Source of the DNA: Coleofasciculus sp. B1-GNL1-01
Lineage (GTDB): Bacteria > Cyanobacteriota > Cyanobacteriia > Cyanobacteriales > Coleofasciculaceae
NCBI GenBank assembly: GCA_040220235.1
Contig: JAVJTO010000059.1
Strand: one strand, 5' to 3'
Length of the DNA: 64,000 nt
Made by a program: the position numbers and the translations under genes. The notes beneath the pieces were generated by a model. The model was not told the origin of the DNA and searched no databases. It saw only the letters and a program-made list of their open reading frames with translations. Positions 1-10,834 of the stretch are shown piece by piece. The number at the start of each line of letters is the position of its first letter. The first letter of the stretch is position 1.

Positions 1-144
1 GCTTACAGTGAACCCAAACTGGGGAAGTATTTGGGGGTGTGTATCAGTTAGCGGCTCAATGGTCTATTCAACTCTTACGTTGCCAGCCCTGTCTCTGGCA
101 ATCCCTAACCTAAGCGTGATAGCTAGGTTAGGGTTGTTGAAGCC
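1..144 (-). ncRNA. Probable 5' part of an omega/HEARO RNA of an IS200/IS605 IscB/IsrB element (element continues off the left edge)
   Basis: Minus strand reads GGCTTCAACAACCCTAACCT...AGGTTAGGGATTGCCAGAG..CTGGCAAC..GAGTTGAATAG...ACACACCCCCAAATACTTCCCCAGTTTGGG..CTGTAAG. The nested hairpins and the ATACTTCxCxAGT stem resemble leaders of cyanobacterial RRXRR (IscB/IsrB) genes, from recall. Confidence 0.6.
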
Positions 145-366
145 TTACCTCAACCTATAAAGCATAACCCTAACTCAGTGTGGATAGCTAATAATCGTTA
201 GATTAGCTTAGCTTCTGTTAACTAACCAGTGTGGATTTCCCGGTATTCTGTTTCGGGAGACAAGAGAGATGAGGAAGCAAACACATCGAGATCTGAGTCA
301 ACTCAACACTCAACACTCAACACTCAACACTTTCTTTTCCTCATCTCCCTAGTCATTAATCAAAAC

Positions 367-1656
367 CTAAATGACTGTTCCATCGGGAATTACGGCATTT
401 TTGAGGACAACGACAATGCCATTGCGGATCAAAAAGCCTTGTTTTTCACGTTCAGCTTCCTCGACGTGATCTTTGTTCACAATTTGAACATCGTGACCAA
501 TCCGAGCATTTTTGTCAACGATGGCACGGCGAACTGTGGTTCCTGCACCAATCCCTAAGGGCACACGTCCGGTTTCTACATTAGATTGACGTTCGGCAAA
601 GGGTTCATAGAAGTCACATCCCATAATCAACGTGTCTTCAATCACACAACCCGCTTCAATGCGAGAGCGAATTCCCAATACCGAGTGATGGATACGACAA
701 TCTTTGAGAATACAACCTTCTCCAACAATCGATTGCGTCACATGACTATCCAAAAGTTTAGTCGGAGGCAAATAACGGGCGCGAGTATAAATCGGTGCCT
801 CTTTGTCGTAGAAACTAAACGGCGGCTGGGGTTGGCGAGTTAACGCTAAATTAGCCTCATAGAACGCTTCAATGGTACCAATGTCTTCCCAGTAGTCGTT
901 GAACAAGTAGGCTTGAACGTTATGATCTCCTGATGCCCCTGGGATGATTTCTTTACCGAAATCGGTTTGTTCGGGGTTGGCTTGCAACAACTTAATCAAC
1001 GCCTCTTTACTAAAGACGTAAATTCCCATCGAGGCAATATAGGGTTTTTCCTTTGCCTCATCAGGCTTCAACCCTAAAACCGTCGTATCCACATGCATTT
1101 GCTTCAGCGCATCCCCTTTGGGCTTTTCACTGAAATCAATTACCCTGCCCGTGTGATCAATTTTCATCAAACCAAAACTGGTTGCCAGTTTTTCACCGAT
1201 AGGCACCACAGAAAGGGTGATATCAGCTTTCGTTTCACGGTGGTGTTCCACGAAATGGCGATAGTCCATCCGATAGAGATGGTCGCCGGACAGAATGATA
1301 TATTCATCAACATCCCACTCCTCTAGGAGCCATAAATATTGACGAACCGCGTCTGCTGTGCCCTGAAACCAGCTAGGATTTTCAGCAGTTTGCTGGGCAG
1401 CTAGAACTTCAACAAATCCGTCGGTAAAGCCAGCAAAGTTATAGGCACGGGCAATGTGCCGATTCAAGGACGCTGAGTTAAATTGGGTAAGAACGTAAAT
1501 CTGATAGATCTCGGAGTTGATGCAGTTACTGACCGGAATGTCAATCAGGCGGTACTTACCTGCCAAAGGAACAGCCGGTTTAGCCCGCAACTTGGTTAAT
1601 GGATAAAGGCGGGTGCCCGCGCCACCTCCGAGAATGATACCTAATACTCTTTTCAC
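367..1656 (-). CDS. glgC: Glucose-1-phosphate adenylyltransferase
   Basis: [48 protein letters not shown] start at 1656 gives 429 aa. Confidence 0.97.
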   Translation of the reverse strand: MKRVLGIILGGGAGTRLYPLTKLRAKPAVPLAGKYRLIDIPVSNCINSEIYQIYVLTQFNSASLNRHIARAYNFAGFTDGFVEVLAAQQTAENPSWFQGTADAVRQYLWLLEEWDVDEYIILSGDHLYRMDYRHFVEHHRETKADITLSVVPIGEKLATSFGLMKIDHTGRVIDFSEKPKGDALKQMHVDTTVLGLKPDEAKEKPYIASMGIYVFSKEALIKLLQANPEQTDFGKEIIPGASGDHNVQAYLFNDYWEDIGTIEAFYEANLALTRQPQPPFSFYDKEAPIYTRARYLPPTKLLDSHVTQSIVGEGCILKDCRIHHSVLGIRSRIEAGCVIEDTLIMGCDFYEPFAERQSNVETGRVPLGIGAGTTVRRAIVDKNARIGHDVQIVNKDHVEEAEREKQGFLIRNGIVVVLKNAVIPDGTVI

Positions 1657-1930
1657 GAAACACCTCTGGAATGCCGATAGACTCTCAAGTCTTAGTGTCC
1701 GCTTGTGTGGAACTCTTTTCAAGAGGGTAAGGGAGAAAGTTGACTCTCTCCAAAGAAAGAAAAACTCAAAAAACGGCGGGAATAGAGGCACGAAGAGAGA
1801 CTTCTACCCCAACTAGAGTAATGATTTGAGCTGGGTGTCCCCCTCAACGCTGGGGTTGAACTTGTGAGTTCTACGCCGTTATTATAAATTTCCACTACAT
1901 TAGGATAAAGAATGGCAAAGGAAGTGAGAG

Positions 1931-2620
1931 ATGTCAGCACAACTGTTACTGGTCGATGACGAACCGGGCGTTCGGGTGGCGGTCAAAGAGTATTTAGAAG
2001 AGGTGGGGGGGTTTAGCGTCGATGTGGCTAGTAATGCCAATGATGCGTGGCAAATGTTGCAACAAAAAACCCCCGATCTGGTGATTACCGATATTATGAT
2101 GCCTCAGGTCGATGGGTATCAGTTTCTCAAGAAGTTGCGAGAAGACCCGCGTTTCAAATCACTGCCAGTGGTTTTTCTCACGGCTAGAGGTATGACTACA
2201 GACCGGATTCAAGGGTATCAAGCAGGTTGTGATGCTTATCTGTCCAAACCATTTGATACGGATGAATTAGTCGCCATTGTCGAGAATTTACTGGAACGTC
2301 GTGCCGCTACTGCACAGGAAACGGCGGGTACGGCGGATTTAGGAAACATTGAGAAAGAACTAACCGCGATTCGGGAAATGTTGGCTCAACGGGGTAATAT
2401 TTCTCAAACTCCCCCACCCATTCGCATTGACTTTACGCCGCGAGAGCAAAGTGTTCTGGATTTGGTTGCCCAAGGGCTGATGAATAAAGAAATTGCCCGC
2501 CGCCTAGAAACCAGCGTCCGCAATGTGGAGAAATATGTCAGTCGCTTGTTTAGCAAAACTGGAACCAATAGCCGCACCGAGTTAGTCCGTTATGCCCTTG
2601 AACATGGCTTGACTCAGTAA
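1931..2620 (+). CDS. ycf29: NarL/LuxR-family response regulator (Ycf29/Rre1-like)
   Basis: Receiver (LLVDD, DIMMP, FLTA, KPF) plus LuxR HTH (TPREQSVL..GLMNKEIA..SVRNVEKYV). Confidence 0.8.
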   Translation: MSAQLLLVDDEPGVRVAVKEYLEEVGGFSVDVASNANDAWQMLQQKTPDLVITDIMMPQVDGYQFLKKLREDPRFKSLPVVFLTARGMTTDRIQGYQAGCDAYLSKPFDTDELVAIVENLLERRAATAQETAGTADLGNIEKELTAIREMLAQRGNISQTPPPIRIDFTPREQSVLDLVAQGLMNKEIARRLETSVRNVEKYVSRLFSKTGTNSRTELVRYALEHGLTQ

Positions 2621-2846
2621 TATAGCACTACGGGGTACGGAAAGGACATCAGTTAGCCCAAGAGGGAACAGGGAACAGGGAACAGTAAAGAATGTCTTAA
2701 CCTGTCTTAGTAAGCTGTTCGGCATTTAAACCTTAATATCAATAATGGCGAAATCCTTGTAGTGCGTTTAGCGAAGCCATGCCGCAGGCTTTGCATCTTG
2801 CTCGCTACCCATTCCCAATTTAAATGCATGACAGCGTACTGCTATA
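2621..2846. mobile_element. Nested MITE-like elements
   Basis: Outer TATAGCACTA..TACTGCTATA inverted ends. Inner AGCTGTTCGGCATTTAAA..TTTAAATGCATGACAGC (~2713-2836) is homologous to ~25590-25670. Innermost ~25-bp insert at ~2767-2791. Confidence 0.6.
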
Positions 2847-3053
2847 TCATGTCCGGTTGAATACTTAATACTATTGGTGGAAACCAAGCTCCAGGGAAAG
2901 AAGAAGGTTGCAAGGTAAAAGGCAATGATGGATTTCTAGTGTTAATCTAGGTAAATGTCACTAACTTAGAGGTTTATGGCGCTAAAACGCAACTACAAAC
3001 CTAGCTTAAGCAGCGTGACTTGCCTTGCTATTCCCCTGCGTATCTAGAAACAG

Positions 3054-3962
3054 ATGGCAACCTTAGTTGTAACGACTGACACGGTTTTCAAAACTAAGCC
3101 TGTTCAGTCTTCAGAACTCCCCGACTCCGAGAAGCACCCTGTCTCCCAGGGAGAATTCGGACTCAAAAGTTATCAGGAGGAGAAGGATCATTTCAAAGTC
3201 ACCTTAGCCAATCCCCTTAGCGATCGCACAGAATGGTATGTGTTTCAAGGACACGCTGAAGTCCTTAACACCTCCACCTTAGTCGTCACCCAAGATACCA
3301 TCTTCAAGACTAAACCCCTACAAGCCAAAGACCTACCTGACTCCGATAAATTCCCCGTTTCCCGACGAGAACTCGCGGTCAAAACCTTCGAGGAACGAGG
3401 CGTTCATCTGCTGGTGAAATTAATTAATCCAATTGACAGTGATTCTAACCGCCTGGACTGGTATGTGTACGAAGGTCACATCGATTTGCTCAAAATCGCC
3501 ACCTACTCCCCGCCAATGGACGAACCCGAACCCGTGAATCGGGGTATTTTGTTCCGATTACCAGGACGCGGACAAGTTGGAACAGACGACTCGATTATAC
3601 CTAATGGCAACTTTACCTGGGGTGAAGCAACCAAAAATGGGACTCGTATACCCGTTAATGAACTGATTGTGAATAACATCATCGCCATGGCGCGACGGAT
3701 GGAAGAGGTGAGAGAACGGTTGGGAAATCGCTCCACGATTATTACCAGTTGGTATCGACCCCCGCGTGTGAATCGTGCTGTTGGTGGTGCGACGCGTTCC
3801 ACTCACTTACAAGGACATGGGGTTGACTTCGTGGTCAGTGGACTAACACCGCGAGACGTGCAGCGACAACTTGATTCCTGGTGGCCCGGTGGATTGGGAT
3901 ATGGTCGGACGTTTACCCATCTGGATAATCGAGGGTATCGAGCGAGGTGGAATTACAATTAG
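3054..3962 (+). CDS. Peptidase M15A-type (D-Ala-D-Ala carboxypeptidase family) with two N-terminal repeat domains
   Basis: C-terminal ITSWYRP..N..VGGA..STH..G.GVD..THLD. Two copies of TLVVT.DT.FKTKP.Q...LPDS.K..WYV..GH. Confidence 0.85.
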   Translation: MATLVVTTDTVFKTKPVQSSELPDSEKHPVSQGEFGLKSYQEEKDHFKVTLANPLSDRTEWYVFQGHAEVLNTSTLVVTQDTIFKTKPLQAKDLPDSDKFPVSRRELAVKTFEERGVHLLVKLINPIDSDSNRLDWYVYEGHIDLLKIATYSPPMDEPEPVNRGILFRLPGRGQVGTDDSIIPNGNFTWGEATKNGTRIPVNELIVNNIIAMARRMEEVRERLGNRSTIITSWYRPPRVNRAVGGATRSTHLQGHGVDFVVSGLTPRDVQRQLDSWWPGGLGYGRTFTHLDNRGYRARWNYN

Positions 3963-3992
3963 GGGCTGCTGAATAAGTCTTGTGGTGGGGTA

Positions 3993-4156
3993 GAGAGCAG
4001 GGGAAGCAGGGGAAGCAGGGGGAGATGGGGGAGATGGGGGAGATGGGGGAGATGGGGGAGATGGGGGAGATGGGGGAGATGAGGGAGATGGGGAAGTTAA
4101 CTCAAAACTCTACCTTACCTTGTTCCCTATTTCCTGTTCCCTGTTTCCTGTTCCCT
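3993..4156. repeat. Composite dispersed repeat: 9-mer array + 38-bp core + 7-mer (TGTTCCC) array
   Basis: GGGGGAGAT tandem units, then core GGGAAGTTAACTCAAAACTCTACCTTACCTTGTTCCCT; inverted copy at ~10861-11070. Confidence 0.85.
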
Positions 4157-4158
4157 AC

Positions 4159-6018
4159 TTAAATAAATTGCCAAACTTTAATCGTTTTATCTTGAGCCGC
4201 ACTCGCCAAGGTTGAACTATCTGGACTAATTGCCACAGACATGACACCAGCGGAATGATCCGATAATGTCTGGAGCAGTTTTCCACGACCCGGATGCCAA
4301 AGTTTAACCGTTCCATCAGCACTACCACTGATTAATAGGCGACCTTTAGCGCTGATTGCAACAGAATGAACCGCATCTGTATGTCCAGTCAGCGTCAATA
4401 AAATATCACCTGTCCTCAAGTTCCAGACTTGAATCGTCGCATCCGCACTACCACTGATTAAAAGTTGACCACTAGGACTAAAGGCAAGTGAATTGACGGC
4501 ATCGGTATGTCCATGTAGGGTTAGTTGAATCTCACCTGTGGCTAAATTCCACAATTTAATCGTGCGATCTGCACTACCACTTGCCAAGGTTTTTTTATCT
4601 GGACTAATGACAATCGTATTAATCATGCTGGAATGACCATCAAAAGTTTTCTGTATGTCTTGTATGTTTAAATTCCAAATGTTAATTGTTTTATCAGCAC
4701 TTCCGCTGGCGAGAATCTGACCATCTGGACTAAAAGCAACTGATTTAATCCAACCTGAATGTTGCTTCAGGGTATGCTTTAAAGTTTGGGTCGTTAATTC
4801 CCAAACTTTAATCGTGTGATCCCAACTACCACTGACTAAAAACTGTCCATCTGGACTAAAAGCAATGGTATCAATTAGACTAGAATGCCCAGAAAATGTA
4901 CAACTGGATATACCACTATCCAGATGCCAGAGTTTGACGCTACGATCCGCACCCCCACTAGCCAGAATCTGTCCGTCTGGATGAAAGGCGATCGCATGAA
5001 TCGAACTCGAATGACCCCGCAACGTCCGTACACATTGCCACGTCGGTGTTAGCGTGTTTGGTTTAACCGATGGATTTGGGGAAGCGACTGACAAGGATTG
5101 GGCTAACGTCTGGGTTAGATGCAAATCCTGGAGAATCTGGGCGGCTGACTGATAGCGCAGTTTTACCGCCCCCTCTAGCATTTTATTCAAGGTTTGCTTG
5201 AGGCGATCGCTAATCGGTTCAACCAGGTAGTCTTGCCACACCCAAATTCCTTCTAAACTGTTGAATAAATCAAAAGGATGAATGCTAGTCAATAAATGAA
5301 TACAAGTTACCCCTAAACTATACAAATCACTACTCGTACTCGCTTTACCCATTAGCTGTTCTGGGGCAGCGTAAGCCGCAGAACCAATCGTCGTTCCGGT
5401 TCGGGCTAATGCAGTTTTCGTCGTCAGTTTGGCGGCACTAAAATCAACGAGAACCAGTGTCTCGGCTTCTGTCTCGATTCCTGGACTGGCAGAACAAATA
5501 ATATTGGCTGGGTTAATATCGCGGTGAATAACCTGATGAGCATGAATATACTGTAATACAGGCAATAGTTGTGCCAAGACATGGCGAATCTGGGTTTCCT
5601 TAAATGATCCGGATTGGGCTAATTGTTGGGCTAAACTCTCTCCCTCCACTAAGCGTTGCACGATCGCACCCGTTGTTCCCGTTTGCGGATTAGGTTCAAA
5701 ATAAGCCAGCAGTCGGGGAATCTGGGGATGTTCACCTAGAGTTTGTAATCGGGCGGCTTCTTGACGAAAAGATGCCGCCGCTTTCTCAATATTGGTTGTC
5801 CCTTGATTGGTGGGTGAAAACTGCTTGATAATACAAGTGGGTAATCCCGACTCCGATTCGTCAATTGCCCGAAAGGTACGACCAATACCCCCTTGACTAA
5901 TCAACTCCATCGCCCGGTAGCGATCGCCTAAAAGTAATCTTGACCCACAAGTGGAGCAAAATCTGGCATGATCAGGGTTGTCGGGTTTGGGGCAAGTTAG
6001 GTTAAGGCAGTAACTCAT
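4159..6018 (-). CDS. Ser/Thr kinase-like protein with N-terminal 4-Cys motif and seven WD40 repeats
   Basis: MSYCLN..C..FC..CG, IIKQF, HRDINPANI, YAAPEQ, SDLYSLG; seven GH...LASGS.D.TIK.W repeats. Confidence 0.92.
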   Translation of the reverse strand: MSYCLNLTCPKPDNPDHARFCSTCGSRLLLGDRYRAMELISQGGIGRTFRAIDESESGLPTCIIKQFSPTNQGTTNIEKAAASFRQEAARLQTLGEHPQIPRLLAYFEPNPQTGTTGAIVQRLVEGESLAQQLAQSGSFKETQIRHVLAQLLPVLQYIHAHQVIHRDINPANIICSASPGIETEAETLVLVDFSAAKLTTKTALARTGTTIGSAAYAAPEQLMGKASTSSDLYSLGVTCIHLLTSIHPFDLFNSLEGIWVWQDYLVEPISDRLKQTLNKMLEGAVKLRYQSAAQILQDLHLTQTLAQSLSVASPNPSVKPNTLTPTWQCVRTLRGHSSSIHAIAFHPDGQILASGGADRSVKLWHLDSGISSCTFSGHSSLIDTIAFSPDGQFLVSGSWDHTIKVWELTTQTLKHTLKQHSGWIKSVAFSPDGQILASGSADKTINIWNLNIQDIQKTFDGHSSMINTIVISPDKKTLASGSADRTIKLWNLATGEIQLTLHGHTDAVNSLAFSPSGQLLISGSADATIQVWNLRTGDILLTLTGHTDAVHSVAISAKGRLLISGSADGTVKLWHPGRGKLLQTLSDHSAGVMSVAISPDSSTLASAAQDKTIKVWQFI

Positions 6019-6100
6019 TCGCGAATTTTTAGAGTCAAGAGTTGATCCTATTGTGGCTTGTATCCAGCCTCCCCTGCTCCCCTTCACCCCATCTCCGAAA

Positions 6101-6496
6101 TCATGCTTCCTGTATCCGGCGAATAGACGGCTGGCGTATCATCAAATCCTCAGTCGTTGACACAAAACCATGTCTGCTGTACCAGGCGCGTAAATTTTCT
6201 ATGCCAAAAGGACTACCCTTGTCCAATTCTAGAGTAATCGGTTTATCATTCAACATTTGGCAAAGCATCTTCAGGATTTTAGACCCATACCCTTTGCCAC
6301 GATTACCAGGCATGACATTTAAGAAATGAATAAAATAGGAGGTTTCATCCTCACAGACAGATACCACTCCGACTAAGTCATCTGCCTGAGTAAACTCATA
6401 CCTCATTTCCCCTTGATATCCAAAAGTTCTGGGAAAGACTCGTACCGATAGATTCACGGTTAACTCATCCTCTCGTCCATTCAACGTATACACCAA
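6101..6496 (-). CDS. GNAT-family N-acetyltransferase
   Basis: V.PGNRGKGYGS acetyl-CoA motif A and WY..HGF; start uncertain. Confidence 0.75.
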   Translation of the reverse strand: MVYTLNGREDELTVNLSVRVFPRTFGYQGEMRYEFTQADDLVGVVSVCEDETSYFIHFLNVMPGNRGKGYGSKILKMLCQMLNDKPITLELDKGSPFGIENLRAWYSRHGFVSTTEDLMIRQPSIRRIQEA

Positions 6497-6908
6497 CCTA
6501 TTGTCAAAGTCCGGTTAGTGCGTCGGCAGATGTAACCCCAGTTAATATGACATGCGTCATTTGTCATTTGTTTGCTCCCTCTACACACCTAGAAGGGCAG
6601 GTTTAGTCATGTTATCGGACATCGACAGAACCTTAGCGGTAAAACCCGCCCCTACAGCCCCTCTCCCAAACGTGCCATGGCAACGTCTGTGCTTCCTCAG
6701 CTTCAGTAGACACCGATGGGACGTGGTAAGCGGCGCGATCGCGTCTGGGTTAAACATAGAGTACAGATGATTAAACTACAGCTTCTGAAGAAAAATCTAT
6801 CTTCTTGCAGATACTTCTTTGTCAATTATCGTTTCCTCTGATAGAGGTAAACCGGACTCAAGTTAAAAATAATAAAAATGTAACAAACTCTCATGGGAGA
6901 GAACGCCA

Positions 6909-7292
6909 ATGCGATATAAAAATCTTACAGCCATCGGAATCCTAACCGCCATTTTCGGCTTAGCGAACCCTGTCTCGGCTCAATCACCAGTCATGACCAA
7001 AGCCGACGACGTTACTCTATCGGGTGAATCCTTAAGGGGCATTGAACAGAGAAATCTCGGTGATGATTTTGACCAGTTCTTTTTAGACGATCCAGCCCTA
7101 GCATGGAGAGGAACAGGTGGTAGCCAGATTAATTTTAACAACCAAGCTGGTACTGACTTCCAGTTAATAGAAGATGTGGAAATCTCAGTGAACGAACCCT
7201 TATCTCCACCGATCAGTCCGATCAATTTCCGCAGACACGAGAATTTAAGCAGCGGTCTCGATCGGGTGGAAGTGCAAGTTGAACTTGATTAA
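6909..7292 (+). CDS. Hypothetical secreted protein
   Basis: Signal peptide ending V-S-A|Q; GGAG upstream. Confidence 0.65.
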   Translation: MRYKNLTAIGILTAIFGLANPVSAQSPVMTKADDVTLSGESLRGIEQRNLGDDFDQFFLDDPALAWRGTGGSQINFNNQAGTDFQLIEDVEISVNEPLSPPISPINFRRHENLSSGLDRVEVQVELD

Positions 7293-7451
7293 TAGTTATA
7301 TGTTTTTCCGAAAGTAGGGGCGGGTTTAGGGCTTTCATTTTGCTATTGATGATCAAGTTTATTCAAAACCCGCCCTGACAGAGTGGCAGAGTTTGGGCTG
7401 AGACAGTGGAGAGTGATTATCTAGCACTATTGTCACCAACCCTATAAGCAC

Positions 7452-8429
7452 CTATTTCAACATAATCATTTGATTGGTTTGGGCTGATTGGCAAGCGGCG
7501 TCTCCAACCTGAAGCGCATATAAACTGGATTCACTCGACACATACAGAGATTTTCCATCCACTAGATGATCCAATACCATTTGCGTATCTTGAACAAATA
7601 AACCGCGACGCCCTGCAACAGGGATGGGGTGTTCTTCCTCGCCGCGAATTAATTTACCTTGATCGCCCTCAAATACCAGCGTCCCGCGATCGCCGTGGAC
7701 TTCAAATATCCGCAATCTCTGCCAAAATACGTCTCCTTTACCATAGGTGACGTGGGCAATTAAACCTTGGGCAAACTGTAATTGAGCCGTACATAGACAG
7801 GCACTATAATAGTTTGAGTGCTGCCAAAACTGAGCATTACAGCTAACGGTTGCGACGTTGCCAAATAAATGGGTAAATCGATGGATGTGAGGTAATGCGG
7901 CTTTAAAGGGAAAGCCAAATAAATCCCGATGGTATGTCCAGCGCTGCGGTGCTGGCTGTTTCGGCACAATAGTGACATACCGGGCATAAACAGGAGTACC
8001 AATCTCTGGTAATGATTGCTGTAAGGCTTGATGTAAACCGCCTAATAACTCAATATGTTCCACATGTAGGAGTTTGCCTTGAGCTTGGGCAAGGGCAATT
8101 AGGGATTCGGCTTCTGTCGGATCAAGGGAAATCGGATATTCGACGACCACATGCTTCCCTGCGGTTAAAGCCGCCCTAACAATCGCACCATGATCACGAT
8201 TAATCGTACAAACAAAGACTAAATCCACATCCGGATGTGCCACCACTTGTTGCCAAGACTCGACGGCGCTAGTTTGGTGACGTTGTACAAAGTCTTGCAC
8301 AGTTTCCGGGGTATGCCCACTGACAACCACAAGCTGCGATCGCGCATCCGCCTGTAGTGTTTGCGCCCGTTGGTTGGCGGCATATCCAGTCCCGACGATA
8401 CCAGCCCGAATGGGCAGTTTATCAAACAT
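7452..8429 (-). CDS. bvdR: Biliverdin reductase (Gfo/Idh/MocA family)
   Basis: GIVGTGYAA, GKHVVVEYP, HVEHIELLGGLH. Confidence 0.85.
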   Translation of the reverse strand: MFDKLPIRAGIVGTGYAANQRAQTLQADARSQLVVVSGHTPETVQDFVQRHQTSAVESWQQVVAHPDVDLVFVCTINRDHGAIVRAALTAGKHVVVEYPISLDPTEAESLIALAQAQGKLLHVEHIELLGGLHQALQQSLPEIGTPVYARYVTIVPKQPAPQRWTYHRDLFGFPFKAALPHIHRFTHLFGNVATVSCNAQFWQHSNYYSACLCTAQLQFAQGLIAHVTYGKGDVFWQRLRIFEVHGDRGTLVFEGDQGKLIRGEEEHPIPVAGRRGLFVQDTQMVLDHLVDGKSLYVSSESSLYALQVGDAACQSAQTNQMIMLK

Positions 8430-8473
8430 TTGTGATTAATCCTCTCTTAAAAATCCCCCTATTCTAGAGTAAC

Positions 8474-8791
8474 TAAGTAGTTGAACACAGACAAACGCAA
8501 CAAAAAACCTAACGCCCAACCCCCTTCTATGAATAAAAATCTTAGTCCTTAGTCATCTCCCGGAGAACAAAAAGCGAAGTATCCTTTGGTCTCCCCGTGC
8601 AAAAAAAGCTCCCGCCTCCTCTGGCTTCCCCATGGAACAAAAAGCGAAGCATCCTTTGGTCTCTTTTTGAAGGGGGACGGAAGGGAGATCTAATTGGGGA
8701 GAATGAGAGGGGTGAGAAGTTATAGTTTTACACCCCTCTCCTTGCAGGAGAGGGGCTGGGGGAGAGGTCATAATTTTATCCACCTAACTTA
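8474..8791. mobile_element. MITE-like element of the TAAGTAG-end family carrying REP-like repeats
   Basis: TAAGTAGTTGAAC...TATCCACCTAACTTA imperfect inverted ends; internal CCCCTCTCCTTGCAGGAGAGGGG palindrome. Confidence 0.45.
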
Positions 8792-8874
8792 CAAAGAGAG
8801 TGGGTAAAATCACAGTAACTTCAAGTATTCTTTCAGCACGTTTTGCTTCATGGTAAAAAGCAATTGCGTCCTGG

Positions 8875-9633
8875 TTATTTTACCTTATTTTGCTTTCTGG
8901 AAGACTCTTTTTTCAACAATGCACCAAACCCGAGCGCTAAACCAGAACCAAGGATAGTCAAGGGTTCAGGAACAGGTTCGCTTGTGCCTACTTTGATTTG
9001 ATACGCCAGGTTAGAGCCAGTCGGTTGAGTTCCAGTCCAACTGAGGTTTGCTCTGCCAGTAAGAGTAAAAGGCTGGGAGATGTTTTCTATTAGCAAATAG
9101 TCCTCATCATCTGTACCGGAATTGCTTGGTGTTGAAATAGCAGGGTCAGATGTACCCTCTAAAACCAAATCCATACCGTTTAACTGCAACATATCAACCT
9201 GAATATTGCTGTTAGACGTTTTTGTGTCTCGTCGGGTGCGTAGGTATATGGTATCCGCTAGACCGCTGAAATTGGCAGTCAAATCTATACCTGCCACTGT
9301 ATATGTGACTTCTGTGCCATCGTATGTCAGTGTAAAGTTTACTGGTTGATTACTTCCCCATGCATACTGACCTTCGGCAACAGGATCACCATTTGGCTGG
9401 TTAATCCCAAACTCTCTATCTCCACTCGTTCCGCTTCTACCAATTCGCCCTTCAGCAACGAAGACTTCGGTAAAGTTTAACGCATTGAACTGCTCTTTGG
9501 TCAAGTTAGGTAGACTCGTGACTGTAGCGGCACTGGCAACACCCGACACCAGAGACATACCCACAGTGGCTAAACCAACGCCTAAAGCAACTCTAGCTGC
9601 TCTGAACGAAAAATTTGAGTAGATGCTATTCAT
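8875..9633 (-). CDS. PEP-CTERM surface protein (choice-of-anchor W-like domain)
   Basis: Signal peptide; C-terminal VPEPLTILG..TM..KK. Confidence 0.88.
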   Translation of the reverse strand: MNSIYSNFSFRAARVALGVGLATVGMSLVSGVASAATVTSLPNLTKEQFNALNFTEVFVAEGRIGRSGTSGDREFGINQPNGDPVAEGQYAWGSNQPVNFTLTYDGTEVTYTVAGIDLTANFSGLADTIYLRTRRDTKTSNSNIQVDMLQLNGMDLVLEGTSDPAISTPSNSGTDDEDYLLIENISQPFTLTGRANLSWTGTQPTGSNLAYQIKVGTSEPVPEPLTILGSGLALGFGALLKKESSRKQNKVK

Positions 9634-10145
9634 AGTTACACCCCGTATATGTACTTACCTAACAGTATAATTCTCTCTTGAGAGAATTTCTATGAAGTGT
9701 TGATGAAGTAAGATCCAAATCCTAGCGCAAAATCCCTAGTTATGTTATGTCAACAAAAATTGTCAATATTTTTTAAGTAGGGCAGCATTTCCATACCAGC
9801 CAACGGGGAACAAATTGAGCCTTGTCTATAGTTATTCTCAATTAGCTAGACGGATGCTAGCTGAATATTCCAGACTCAACCCAATAGGGGCTGTTGGGGA
9901 AAAAGCATTAGGAGAGTTGATATCTAAGTGGGTTCTTGTGGTTTAACTTAACTCTAATGGCACTGAAAATTCGTATTTTTAGCTCGCCGAAACTCTTGAT
10001 ATAGCGTAGGGGCTTGGCAAGGTTAAAACGGTGGTCAAGTATTTTCAAGGAACCCTTATGAGAGTAGCGATCCAGAAAAATTTTACCCACGACTTTAAGC
10101 TTGCCAGCCTAATGCCCACGAACATACCAGTCAATACCATTCAAC

Positions 10146-10829
10146 TCAACTCCCCTCGCCAAACCGATATCCCTTCCCGTATACCGTGTGAATCAGAGGC
10201 GCTTCACCAGGAGCCTCTATTTTGCGGCGTAACAAGCGCACTAAAGCCGCTAAGACATTACTACTCGGTTGTTCCTCATCCTGCCACAATTGCTGATAAA
10301 TTTCCCCATGAGTCAACAGTTGACCCGAATGACGCATAAAATAGTCCAGAAGCTGGGTTTCTTTTTCCGAGAGTTCAATTAATCGTCCATTGCGGTAGGC
10401 GAGCTGATTGTCCACATCCAGTTCTAAAGAAGCGACACGCAACCGAACAGGCGCATTGGTTTCCGTCGCGGTTGAACGCCGCAGCAAGGCGCGAACCCTA
10501 GCCAGTAATTCTCGCAATTCAAAGGGTTTGACGAGATAATCATCCGCCCCTGCATCCAATCCCATCACCCGATCATCCAGGGTATCTTTAGCGGTAAGGA
10601 AGAGAACAGGTGTCGTTTTCCCTTGCGATCGCAACTGTTGGCAAAGCTCTAACCCAGACTGATGCGGTAACATCCAATCTAGTATAAGTAAGTCGTAGTC
10701 GCTTTGCATCGCTAACTGGCGTCCCGACTGTCCCTCATACGCCACATCAACCTCGTATCCCTCCCGTTTCAGGACTCGGCTTAAGGGATCAGTGAGTTCA
10801 ACTTCATCATCAACCAACAGAATACGCAT
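10146..10829 (-). CDS. rppA: OmpR-family response regulator, RppA-like
   Basis: Receiver (LDWMLP, FLTAKD, KPF) plus winged helix (SNVLAALVRLLRRKIE..TVYGKGYRF). Confidence 0.75.
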   Translation of the reverse strand: MRILLVDDEVELTDPLSRVLKREGYEVDVAYEGQSGRQLAMQSDYDLLILDWMLPHQSGLELCQQLRSQGKTTPVLFLTAKDTLDDRVMGLDAGADDYLVKPFELRELLARVRALLRRSTATETNAPVRLRVASLELDVDNQLAYRNGRLIELSEKETQLLDYFMRHSGQLLTHGEIYQQLWQDEEQPSSNVLAALVRLLRRKIEAPGEAPLIHTVYGKGYRFGEGS

Positions 10830-10834
10830 TATTT

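Noticed and set aside
1657..1791. 45-aa N-terminal extension of GlgC
   Set aside because: Family similarity starts at the GTG at 1656; likewise the extensions of the kinase, FAH, rpsF and GDSL ORFs were trimmed
3980..4162. ORFs made of GEM/GEL or GAGLG repeats (also 10850-11176, 13222-13407, 18792-19040)
   Set aside because: Translations of non-coding tandem repeats
9929..10056. Possible MITE with GGGTTC..GAACCC ends
   Set aside because: Inverted match is short, no clear target duplication, and no second copy seen
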